From Scyliorhinus canicula (lineage: Eukaryota): a DNA stretch of 64,000 bases. The first letter of the stretch is position 1. Each line of letters begins with the position of its first letter. A program made the position numbers and the translations under genes. The stretch lies in assembly GCF_902713615.1 (NCBI RefSeq), contig NC_052153.1, positions 154,544,807 to 154,608,806 on the forward strand, read 5' to 3'. Shown here in pieces: positions 53,095 through 64,000 of this stretch. Below the pieces are notes generated by a model. It saw only the letters and a program-made list of their open reading frames with translations, was not told the origin of the DNA and searched no databases.

Positions 53095-55745
53095 CAATGC
53101 AGCACAGGAACAGGTCCTTTGGCCCTCCAAGCCTGTACCGGTCATGATACCACCCTTGGCCAAAACCCACAGCAGTTCCTAGTGTCGTATCCCTCTGTAG
53201 CCATCCTATCCATGTATTTGTTGAGACGCCTTTTGAACACCGTTAATGTATCTGCTTCCACAACATCCCCTGGCAGCGCGTTCCAGGCACTCACCAACCT
53301 CTTTGTAAAAATCCTGCCTCGCACATCTTCTCTAAACTTTACCCCACAGATCTTAAACCTATGCCCCCTGGTGACTGACCCCTCCACCCTGGGAAAGAGT
53401 GCCTGCCCATCCACTCTATTCATGCCTTTCATAGTCTTGTAGATCTTGATCAGGTCGCCCCTCAACCATCTTTCTAATAAAAACAGTCCGAGTCTATTCA
53501 GCCTCTCCGCATAGCTAACACTCGCCAGACCAGGCAACATCCTGGTAAACCTCCTCTGCATCTTCTCCAAAGCCTCCACATCCTTCTGGGAATGTGGCGA
53601 CTAGAATGGTGCGCAATAAACAAAGTGCGGCGGTACCAAGGTTCTATACAACTGTAGAATCACTTGCCAATTTTTATACTCTATGCCCGTCCAATGAAGA
53701 CAAGCATTCCATATGCTTTCTCGACTTCCTTTTCCACTTGTGTTGTTATTTCAAAGATCTGTGGACCTGTATGCCCAGATCTCTCTGACTAACAATATTC
53801 CCAAGAGTTTTGCCATTTACTGCATATTTCCTCTCTATGTTAGACGTACCAAAATGCATTACTTCACATTTGTCCGGATTCCACTCCATTTGCTATTTCT
53901 CTGCCCAAGTCTCCAACCTTTCTATGTCCTGCTGTATCCTCTGAGAATCCTCAACACTATCAGCCACTCCACCAACCTTGGTGCCATCCACAAACTTACT
54001 AATCAAACCAGCAATATTTTCCTCCAAATCATTTATGTATACTACAAACAACAGAGGCCCCAGCCCGATCCTTGTGGAACACCACTTGTCACAACCTTCC
54101 AGTCAGAAAAACAGCCTTCTACTGGTACCCTCTGTCTTTTGTGACCAAGCCAGTTCTGTATCCATCTTGCCATCTCACCGATGATCCCGTGTCACTTCAC
54201 TTTTTGTACCAGTCTGCCATGAGGCACCTTGTCAAAGGCTTTACTGAAGTCCATGTAAACAACATCCACCACCCTCCCCATATGAATAATTTTTGTCACT
54301 TCCTCAAAAAACTCCTCAAATGAGTCAATTTGTTTCCAAATGGGTATACATCCTGTCCCTGAGAATTTTCTCCAATAATTTAGCTACTACCGACGTGAGA
54401 TTCACCGGCCTATAGTTTCCAGGATTATCCCTGCTACCTTTCTTCAACAGCTGTCCCACATTAGCTATTCTCCAGTCCTCTGGGACCTCACCTATAGAAC
54501 ATAGAACAGTACAGGCCCTTCGGCCCTCGACGCTGTGCCGACCTGTGAAACCACTAAAGCCCATCTACACCATTCCCTTATCATCCATATGTCTATCCAA
54601 TGACCATTTGAATGCCCTTATAGAACATAACTAGCCAATGAGGATTGGCTATAGGTGAGGTCCCAGAGGACTGGAGAATAGTCAATTTGCTCCCTTGTTT
54701 CCCCTCAGAATTCTGGGGTAAATCCGATCAGGCCCAGGAGCCTCATCGACCTTAAATGCCTTTTAAAACAACCAATACCTCCTCCTTTATGATGTCAACA
54801 AGACCCAGACTATCCACACACCCTACCCAAGAATTAGCTTCCTCAAAGCCCCTTTCTTTAGTGAACACTGATGCAAAGTATTCATTTAGTACCTCGCCCA
54901 TTTCCTCTGGCTCAACACATAGATTCCCCCCACTGTCCTTAAGTGGTCCAATCCTTTCCTGGCCACCCTTTTGCTTTTTAAATATGAATTTACCTTAATC
55001 TTACTTGCCAAGAACTTTTCATGACCCATCCTAATTTCCCACTTCGGTACCTTCCTACTTTCTTTATACCCCTCAAGGGTTTTGAATGTTCCCTCCCTTC
55101 TAGACCGTACAAAAGCCTCCTTTTTCTTTTTGACGAGGTTCACAATTTCCCTCGCCATCCAAGGCTCCCTAAACTTCCCGTACTTATCAATCGTTCTCTC
55201 AGGAACGTGATTTGCCTGAATCCTAATCAACTGTCTCTTGGAAGACTCCCAAATGTCCAATGTTGACCTGTCCTTCTTGTACAATTCCCACCTGCCCCGG
55301 AAGAGATCCCAATGGTCCAAAAATCTGAAACCCTCCTTCCTACACCACCAGTTTAGCCATGTATTTAGCTGCACTAGCCTCCTAATTCTAGCCTCACTAG
55401 CACGTAGCAGAGAGTAATCCTGAGATTACAACCCTAGAGGGTCCTGGTTTTTAGCTCACTGCCTAACTCTCTGAACTCCTTCTGCAGGACCTCATCGCTC
55501 TTCCTGCCTATGTCGTCAGTACCTATGTGTACTACGACCTCTGGCTGTTCACCGTCCCCCTTCAGGATGTCCTGTGTTCGTTCATTGACGTCCTTAACCC
55601 TGGCACCAGGGAGGCAACATACCATCCTGGAGTCTCTTTCATGTCCACAGAAGCGCCCATCTGTTCCCCTTAGTATGGAGTCCCCAATAACTTTTGTCCT
55701 CCCTTGCAGAGCAACAGAGCCAGTTGTGGAGCTATTGTTCTGGCT
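53095..55745 (-). mobile_element. CR1 composite: ORF1 SGNH/GDSL esterase domain, ORF2 pieces and 3' tail
   Basis: VIGDSILRG..CCLPGARV..VVVHIGTDD; PEDWRIANV..NYRPVNLTS; RRFTRMLPG. Confidence 0.88.
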
Positions 55746-55747
55746 GT

Positions 55748-55787
<40 letters not shown>

Positions 55788-56481
55788 CCGATAGGCCCTC
55801 CCCCACAACAGTACCAGACAGTATACCTGTTAGAAGCTTGGGGTTGTGCCTGGGCATGTTGGTGGATGTTCTGTTTGTTGTTTTCAGGATGGGGTGGGGT
55901 TGAGAGTGAGAGAGGGAGGAGGGGAAGACTGCCGACGGTGATGATTCCTTTGTTTTTGGGGATGTGGTGGCCATCTTGGGTGGGCCTGGAGCTGGCACAA
56001 GTTGAGACACTGCTGGATTGCCTCAGGATAGATAGAGATTATCCTGGGTTTGGGGGGTGGGAGGAGGAGGTGCCGGAGGCCCCAAGTCCAGTTGAAAACC
56101 TGGAATATGAGGGAGTTAAATATTCCAGTAGAACTGTCCAGGTTGTTCGCAAACTTGAGAAGTTTGCAGGCGGATGTGTTTTTTTTTTAAAAAACAGGAG
56201 ACCCATTTAAGAATTTGGATGAAACGAGATTGCGGAAGGGATGCGTGGCACAGGTATACCACTCGGGTTCTGATTGTAGGGCGCAGTGTTGATTAATAAG
56301 AGGGTGGGTTTTTCGGCAAGCAATATATTGGCCAACTCAGGTGGGAGGTACAATAGTCAGTGGGTCGTTAGCCGTGCTGGCCAATGTGCATGCATCAAAA
56401 CTGGGATGACACGGCATTCGTTAACATCGTGCTGGCGTCGATCCCAGATCTTGATTCACGTCAGGGTGGCATGGAACAGAT

Positions 56482-56528
<47 letters not shown>

Positions 56529-57261
56529 AGGCACACCCGTGGAGCTTGACTGAGGGATAAGGAAGTTTTCTTTCTTTACTCATGTCCATCGGGTCTACTC
56601 CCAAATAGACTTTTGTGTTGGGAAATCTCTTCTTCCTGGGGTGAGGGTTGCTCGGTGATCATAATATTGGATCATACACGCACTTTGTAGGCCTGGCGTT
56701 GGAGCTGAGCCACTCAAGAGATCCCCGTGGAGACTGCACACGGCATTGCTCGCAGATAAGAGCTTTTGTAAGCGGTTATGCTCTGCCATTTGAGAGTATG
56801 TCGAGTTCAACAGGAATGGGGCAGTCTCACTGCCCATGCTCTGGGAGACCCTGAAGGGGGTGGTTGGGGGGGGCGAATAGGGCTAAATCTTGGAAGGTGG
56901 AGAGGCAGAGGTGGACCGCCAGTAGTCAATTGCCCAACGCCAGAGTTACTGGTGGACAGAAAGAAATCACAAATGGAATTTGAGTTGTTGACAACAGTTA
57001 AGGCAGTGACCCAGCTGCGTCACTGGAGGGGGGACTTTCTAGGATATGGGGAGGCCAGTTGCCTGTAGGCTCACCAGCTGAGGTGTCAGGCAGCTTCCTG
57101 GGAGGTGGTACAGGTCAGTGACTCAGGTGACGGGATAGTTTCTGAAAGAAGGTTAATGAGGTGTTTGAGACCTTCTACTGTGGGTTGTATGAGCCAGAGC
57201 CTCCAGTGGAAACCTTATCAATGGGATATTTTTTGGATGTCTTGAACCTCCTGGAGGTGAA

Positions 57262-57356
57262 AAATGAAATGAAAATTGCTTTATTGTCACGAGTAGGCTT
57301 CAATGAAGTTACTGTGAAAAGCCCCTAGTCGCCACATTCCGGCGCCTGTCCGGGAG
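57262..57356 (-). mobile_element. 3' half of the (TTTCA)n-tailed SINE
   Basis: Near-identical to about 4700-4790. Confidence 0.85.
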
Positions 57357-57416
57357 CAGGAGAGAAGACATAAGTTGGAGACACCAATTAGGTTGGAGGA
57401 GATCGTGAGTTGTATT

Positions 57417-57815
57417 TAAGAACATAAGAACTAGGAGCAGGAGTAGGCCATCTGGCCCCTCGAGCCTGCTCCACCATTCAATGAGATCATGGCTGATCTT
57501 TTGTGGACTCAGCTCCACTTTCCAGCCCGAACACCATACCCCTTAATCCCTTTATTCTTCAAAAAACTATCTATCTTTACCTTAAAAACATTTAATGAAG
57601 GAGACTCAACTGCTTCACTGGGCAAGAAATTCCATAGATTCACAACCCTTTGGGTGAAGATGTTCCTCCTAAACTCAGTCCTAAATCTACTTCCCCTTAT
57701 TTTGAGGCTATGCCCCCTAGTTCTGCTTTCACCCGCCAGTGGAAACAACCCCCCGTATCTTTCTAAATTCCAACGAGTACAGTCCCCGTCTACTCAACCT
57801 CTCCTCGTAATCCAA
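57417..57815 (-). mobile_element. Young CR1 3' end (third copy of the 17661/37747 family)
   Basis: FPLAGESRTRGHSLKIRGSRF..GKWS and tail. Confidence 0.92.
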
Positions 57816-59273
57816 TCCCTTGCAGATGGGCAAAACACCAGGACTAGATGGGTTCCCCATTGAATTTTATTACACAATTTGTGGGTCAGTGGGTCCCACT
57901 TCTGCTGGAAATGTTTAATGATTCCGTGTTGCTGGCCATGCTGACGCAGGCATTGATTTCTTTGATCATAAAGGAGGACAAGGATCCCATGGAATATGGG
58001 TCAAATTGGCCCATCTTGTTGTTAAACCCTGATGCAAAGCTGTTGGCTAAGGTGTTCGCAATGAGGTTGGAAACCTGCTTACCGGGGATGATTTCAGAGC
58101 AGCAGACTTAATTTGTTAAGGGCAGGCAGTTGTCGACCAATATTAGGAGATTGTGAAACGTTGTGTTGTCGCCCTCCTTAGAGACCAAGCCGGAGGTGAT
58201 TATTTCGATGTACGCGGAAAAGGCGTCTGTTGGGTTGAGTGGGCGTACCTCTGAGATCCTGGGACGGGTTGGCTTCAGGCCAAAATTTATTTCCTGTATT
58301 AAGCTTTTGTACAGGGCCCCCACCGCGAGTGTACGTACTAAGGCTCTGAGAGATTGGGTTATTTCCAATGGAACAGGGGTTCAAGACAGGTGTGCACATT
58401 GTCTCCACTGCTGTTTGCCTTGGCAATTGAACCTCTGGCCATTGAACTGAGGTTGTCTTCTGGATGGAAGGGGATCGAACATGGGGAAGGGAGCATAGAG
58501 TGTCCTTATATGCGGATAATCTATTACTATTCATTACGGGCCCTCTCTCCAATGTGGGGGAGATGTGGAGCTGCTCTGGAAGTTTGGCTCCTTTTCAGGG
58601 TAAAGCTGAATCTGGGTAAGAGTGATTTTTTTCCCCGGTGAACCTTCAGGGAGGGGAACGGATCTGGGTAGTTTGCTGTTCCGCCCGACCAAGGCTAGTT
58701 TCCGGTATCTGGGTATCCAGGTGGCCCATCATAAACTTAAACTTTTCTGATCTGGTGGATGGGGTGAAGGCCCATTTGAAACAATGGGCTGCCCTCCCGC
58801 AGACCCTGGTGGGAAGGGGACAGATGGTGAAGATGAATATTTTCCTATGGTTTTTGTTTTTGTTCCAGTGTCTCCAGTGTCTCCTTCCAAAGGCTTTCTT
58901 TTGTAGGGTTAACAAACTGATTTCTACTTTTGTTTTGACGGATAAGACTCCTCGGGTTCGTAGGATGTTTTTGCCAAGGGACAGGCAGTCGGCAGGGTTG
59001 GCATCATCCAATCGGTTATGCTATTATATGCAAATACTGATACAATGCGGAGGTGGTTCAAGGATCCGGACTCTGTGTGGGGGAGGATGGAGGAGGTTTC
59101 AAGTATAGGGTCGAGTCTGAGGGCCCTGGTTACAGCGCCACTTCCTTTATCCCCTGCTAGATTCTCTTTGAGTTCAGTGGTGATGGTCACTTTGAAAATT
59201 TATTTGGGCAGCATTTTAAACTGATCTCCATGAAGCTGTTGGCTCCTATTTTCAAAAGCCATAGATTGTGCCG

Positions 59274-59373
59274 CCAAAAAGAAAATGCTGGAACATCTCA
59301 GTAGGCCTGGCAGAATCTATAGGGAGAGAAAAGAGTTAACGTTTCGAGTCCAGATGACCCTTTGTCAAAGCTG
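59274..59373 (-). mobile_element. About 100-bp solo Penelope terminal repeat
   Basis: Matches 35165-35255; flanked by gat(t)tgtgccg at 59264-59273 and 59374-59384. Confidence 0.8.
59334..59372 (-). ncRNA. Minimal hammerhead ribozyme motif, U3-A8 variant
   Basis: AGCU-UUGACAA-A-GGGUC-aucug-GACUC-GAAA-CG-UU-AACU. Confidence 0.65.
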
Positions 59374-59480
59374 GATTTGTGCCGTCTGGTTTAGATTCAT
59401 CATTTAGGGCATGGGAGAGGGAGGGGTTGGAGAGATTTGGAGACATGTTTCTGGGGGGGTAGGTGCGCCGGTCTGGACAA

Positions 59481-61425
59481 CATAGAACATAGAACATAGA
59501 ACGATACAGCGCAGTACAGGCCCTTCGGCCCTCGATGTTGCACCGACATGGAAAAAATCTAAAGGCCATCTAACCTACACTATGCCCTTATCATCCATAT
59601 GCTTATCCAATAAATTTTTAAATGCCCTCAATGTTGGCGAGTTCACTACTGTTGCAGGTAGGGCATTCCACGGCCTCACCACTCTTTGCGTAAAAAACCC
59701 ACCTCTGACCTCTGTCCTATATCTATTACCCCTCAATTTAAGGCTATGTCCCCTCGTGCTAGCCACCTCCATCCGTGGGAGAAGGCTCTCGCTGTCCACC
59801 CTATCTAACCCTCTGATCATTTTGTATGCCTCTATTAAGTCACCTCTTAACCTTCTTCTCTCTAACGAAAACAACCTCAAGTCCATCAGCCTTTCCTCAT
59901 AAGATTTTCCCTCCATGCCAGGCAACATCCTGGTAAATCTCCTCTGCACCCGTTCCAAAGCTTCCACGTCCTTCCTATAATGAGGCGACCAGAACTGTAC
60001 GCAATACTCCAAATGCGGCCGTACTAGAGTTTTGTACAACTGCAACATGACCTCATGGCTCCGGAACTCAATCCCTCTACCAATAAAGGCCAACACACCA
60101 TAGGCCTTCTTCACAACCCTATCAACCTGGGTGGCAACTTTCAGGGATCTATGTACATGGACACCGAGATCCCTCTGCTCATCCACACTACCAAGAATTT
60201 TACCATTAGCCAAATATTCCGCATTTCTGTTATTCTTTCCAAAGTGAATCACCTCACACTTCTCCACATTAAACTCCATTTGCCACCTCTCAGCCCAGCT
60301 CTGCAGCTTATCTATGTCCCTCTGTAACCTGCAACATCCTTCCGCACTGTCTACAACTCCACCGACTTTAGTGTCGTCTGCAAATTTACTCACCCATCCT
60401 TCTGTGCCCTCCTCTAGGTCATTTATAAAAATGACAAACAGCAACGGCCCCAGAACAGATCCTTGTGGTACGCCACTCGTAACTGAACTCCATTCTGAAC
60501 ATTTCCCATCAACTACCACTCTCTGTCTTCTTTCAACTAGCCAATTTCTGATCCACATCTCTAAATCACCCTCAATCCCCAGCCTCCGTATTTTCTGCAA
60601 TAGACGACCGTGGGGAACCTTATCAAACGCTTTACTGAAATCCATATACACCACATCAACTGCTCTACCCTCGTCTACCTGTTCAGTCACCTTCTCAAAG
60701 AACTCGATAAGGTTTGTGAGGCATGACCTACCCTTCACAAAACCATGCTGACTGTCCCTAATCATATTATTCCTATCTAGATGATTATAAATGGTATCTT
60801 TTATAATCCTCTCCAAGACTTTACCCACCACAGACGTTAGGCTCACCGGCCTATAGTTACCGGGGTTATCTCTACTCCCCTTCTTGAACAAAGGGACCAC
60901 ATTTGCTATCCTCCAGTCCTCTGGCAATATTCCTGTAGCCAATGATGACCTAAAAATCAAAGCCAAAGGCTCCGCAATCTCTTCCCTGGCTTCCCCGAGA
61001 ATCCTAGGATAAATCCCATCTGGCCCCGGGGACTTATCTATTTTTACCTTGTCCAGAATTGCCAACACTTCTTCCCTACGCATCTCAATGCCATCTATTC
61101 TAATAGCCTGGGTCTCAGCATTCTCCTCCACAATATTATCTTTTTCTTGAGTGAATACTGACGAAAAGTATTCATTTAGTATCTCGCTTATCTCCTCAGC
61201 CTCCACACACAACTTCCCACCACTGTCCTTGACTGGCCCTACTCTTACCCTAGTCATTCTTTTATTCCTGACATACCTATAGAAAGCTTTTGGGTTTTCC
61301 TTGATCCTACCTGCCAAAGACTTCTCATGTCCCCTCCTTGCTCGTCTCAGCTCTCTCTTTAGATCCTTCCTCGCTTCCTTGTAACTATCAAGCGCCCCAA
61401 CTGAAACTTCACGCCTCATCTTCTC
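59481..61425 (-). mobile_element. Very young 5'-truncated CR1 (HER1-like) with uninterrupted RT ORF
   Basis: About 615 uninterrupted codons with all RT motifs (SGVPQGSVLGP, FADD); (CTATGTT)n tail; no endonuclease domain. Confidence 0.95.
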
Positions 61426-63643
61426 TAAGCTGTTAGAGAAGTTCCCGCTCCCAAGGGGAAGATACTTAGGTTCCTGGTGCCTCCTAAGGCCTCGGCATGG
61501 TTGGGGGACCTGACGGAATTTTTGCACCTAGAAAAGATCAAGTATATCATGAGGTCGGTGGAAGGGTTCTACTTGAGGTGGCAGCCTTTGCTTTCTTTTC
61601 CAGGGACTGTTACCGTTAGCAGTTGGGGTTTTGGGGGGGGGGGGGGATCATCTTTTAAATTGGGTTTAGGGGTTACTTTTTTTTAATTTATGGGATGGTG
61701 AGGGGGGTTTTGGTGGACTGCAGGGTGCATTTTTTGAATAAGATGGGGTTGTGGGTGGATGTATTGTTGTATTTATTATAATGAAAACTTTATTTGAATA
61801 AAAATATATATTTTTAAAAATACGATCAGCACTGCTTCGCAAAATGACAGGTTTTGCTCAGGCAAATTACAGCTGTGCAAAGTTGTTCCAACAGTTTAAA
61901 TAGGTAAAATTGGTAAGTATCATGTACAATGGATGGCATGATATCCTTTTAATAAAGACTTTTAGCTATGCAGCCATAACAATATAACTGCATTATTCCC
62001 AATCCTTACCTTTAGTCACAACTTGCAGGGGGCATCTGTTATACCTGACTATTTTGTTAAATTGTATTTCAACTTCAAAATGAAAAAGGAGCACCATTAC
62101 ATTAATTGTACACATTTGTGCAGCCCAAAATCATTAATTACAGAAATATAAAAGCATATAACTATTTATCACCCAAATATAGAGTACAACTAATTTCAAA
62201 CCACCCTTTGCTGACAGCATTATAAATCAATTGTATTCACCCAATGATGCATTTTGCTTATGTGCAAAATTTAAGCTTTCCTACCTGTTGGTTGAGGTCT
62301 TGGACTGGCCCAATGGAAGTCTGTGGTAACAAATGAAGGACTGTATAGTTTTTCATCTTTCAGTTTACAAGATTTTAGTTTCCAGTGCCTCTGGGAACTT
62401 TCAACAGAATATGCATTTGTGCTGATAGCGACTTTCCAAAAGTACACAAAAATAAAACCAAAATGGATGGGTGCACGTTTGGGCCTTAGCAAACTGCTTT
62501 AATTTCAGATGTCAGTTTTATCCATGATTTAATGAAACTCAAAGTCTCAGCCCAAAGCAAATCCCATTGAAAAATGCTCAACAATTTGCAGAGTGAATTT
62601 TCCATGGCAAGAGTGAAAAGCATTGGGACTTTGAAGAATTAACCAAAATTACTTACACGTTTAAATTGGCCGATTATTCGAGAAATGTTACCAATATTTG
62701 CAGTAACGCTCGAGTTATGCTTCTCAATTCTTCCAGTCCAACGTACCGCCCTCAAAAAGTCAACCCCCATCCCCATTTGCATTTATGAAAATGCATTTTG
62801 CTAACTGAAATTAATGTTAGGTAGTAATGCAGAATGCAGCCTGATTTTCTTTCTTCCACTGAAAACAATTTCACCCAAGACAGATTTTGCCCCCCCATAA
62901 ACACAGCTTCCAAACCTCTCGCTGTACAAACCTCAGATACACTCTCCCCACTTATTACGCAAGGTCACACGTCCCACAGATATGTGGACCAGCAACATTA
63001 TAGCCCACTTTTTTTTGTTTAAAACTGGATACTACAAATGAAGGTATTGAGTGGTAAAATCCACTGCTGAACACAAACTGTGCAGTTCAAGCTCAAATGT
63101 ACTTAAACGGTTTACTGCCCACTCTATATGTTAAATGAACAAAGTTGCCACTATCTGCAACTTGTTGTGCCTGTGAAGATGTATTGACATCTGCAACATG
63201 TTATGGTCAGTAATTCTGACCATCAAAATATCTGAGGAAATGGTAACAGTGCCCAAGCACCGGGTATGGGGATGATATATTTGTTTCAAGTCACAATGAC
63301 TGAAGTATAATTTATTGCATTATATTAGGATTCACTCCTCTGACACTGACAAAACTGACATTTCCTGTCAAACAGCAAGTCAGAGACTAGAGTACACAAT
63401 CCAAGGTGGCCCTTCATTGAAAATACAAATTAAAGTATTCCTTCCACCCCCACCCAAATGAAGATATAAATTTCATGGCCAGGCAATAATACAACAGGTT
63501 TACCAATGTCAGTGTCATAATTGAGACTGTAGGTTGACTGGAATTTCCCATCAATCTTGGAGGAGAAACAATTTCATTCTGATTTTAGCCAAGAATTCAG
63601 AACTGACCATGTTAACCAATGTAAGATATGTCCTCCAAAATTA

Positions 63644-63880
<237 letters not shown>

Positions 63881-64000
63881 CTATTTTTAAAAAAACACAT
63901 TTTAAAACAAGTCATCTAACAACAGTGCATAAACTGCATTTTTCACTTATGTCTCATATCAAATACGTAATGAAAAAATTGTATGGTTTAATTTTGTGCC

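Larger units (their letters stand above)
55810..61820 (+). mobile_element. Old L1 ORF2 plus 3' UTR hosting four later insertions
   Basis: EN, RT (LLNPDAKLLAK, LSPLLFALAIEPLA) and 3' end with AATAAA; fragments are colinear across the inserts. Confidence 0.82.

Noticed and set aside
55434-55808. GDSL/SGNH esterase gene
   Set aside because: Known CR1 ORF1 domain embedded in a decayed element.
56482-56519. Long G/C homopolymers as functional elements
   Set aside because: They occur within L1 and MITE copies throughout, and their lengths are unreliable.
59575-61527. 650-aa ORF as a host or domesticated gene
   Set aside because: It is a 5'-truncated CR1 ORF2, and the first ~35 residues are read-through from the antisense L1 flank.

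Overview
Vertebrate genomic DNA. The repeat content (tRNA-derived V-SINE/HE1-like and DeuSINE-like SINEs, CR1, L1-clade, Rex1, RTE and Penelope elements) points to a shark or other cartilaginous fish; this is an inference. The only host gene is CERT1 (COL4A3BP, ceramide transfer protein) on the minus strand. Eight GT-AG exons equivalent to human exons 4-11 are present: the serine-repeat motif, coiled-coil, FFAT motif and the CERTL/GPBP-specific exon, here 25 codons rather than 26. The PH-domain exons lie beyond the right edge, and no START-domain exon was found before the left edge. The ~39.5 kb intron 4 and the other introns are a stack of nested transposable elements. The most interesting signal is a set of Penelope-derived minimal hammerhead-ribozyme motifs, with every intact or near-intact core on the CERT1 sense strand inside intron 4. 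One canonical-core copy sits inside an 83-bp near-perfect palindrome, two copies carry a compensatory U3-A8 core, and one palindromic copy is mutated. Other observations: near-identical inverted CR1 copies bracketing in-frame exons 5-8, a Harbinger-type MITE with internal hairpins, a twin-priming-like Rex1, and a young CR1 fused at the homologous codon of an older CR1. Most six-frame ORFs are TE fragments or noise. TE boundaries are approximate unless a TSD is quoted.
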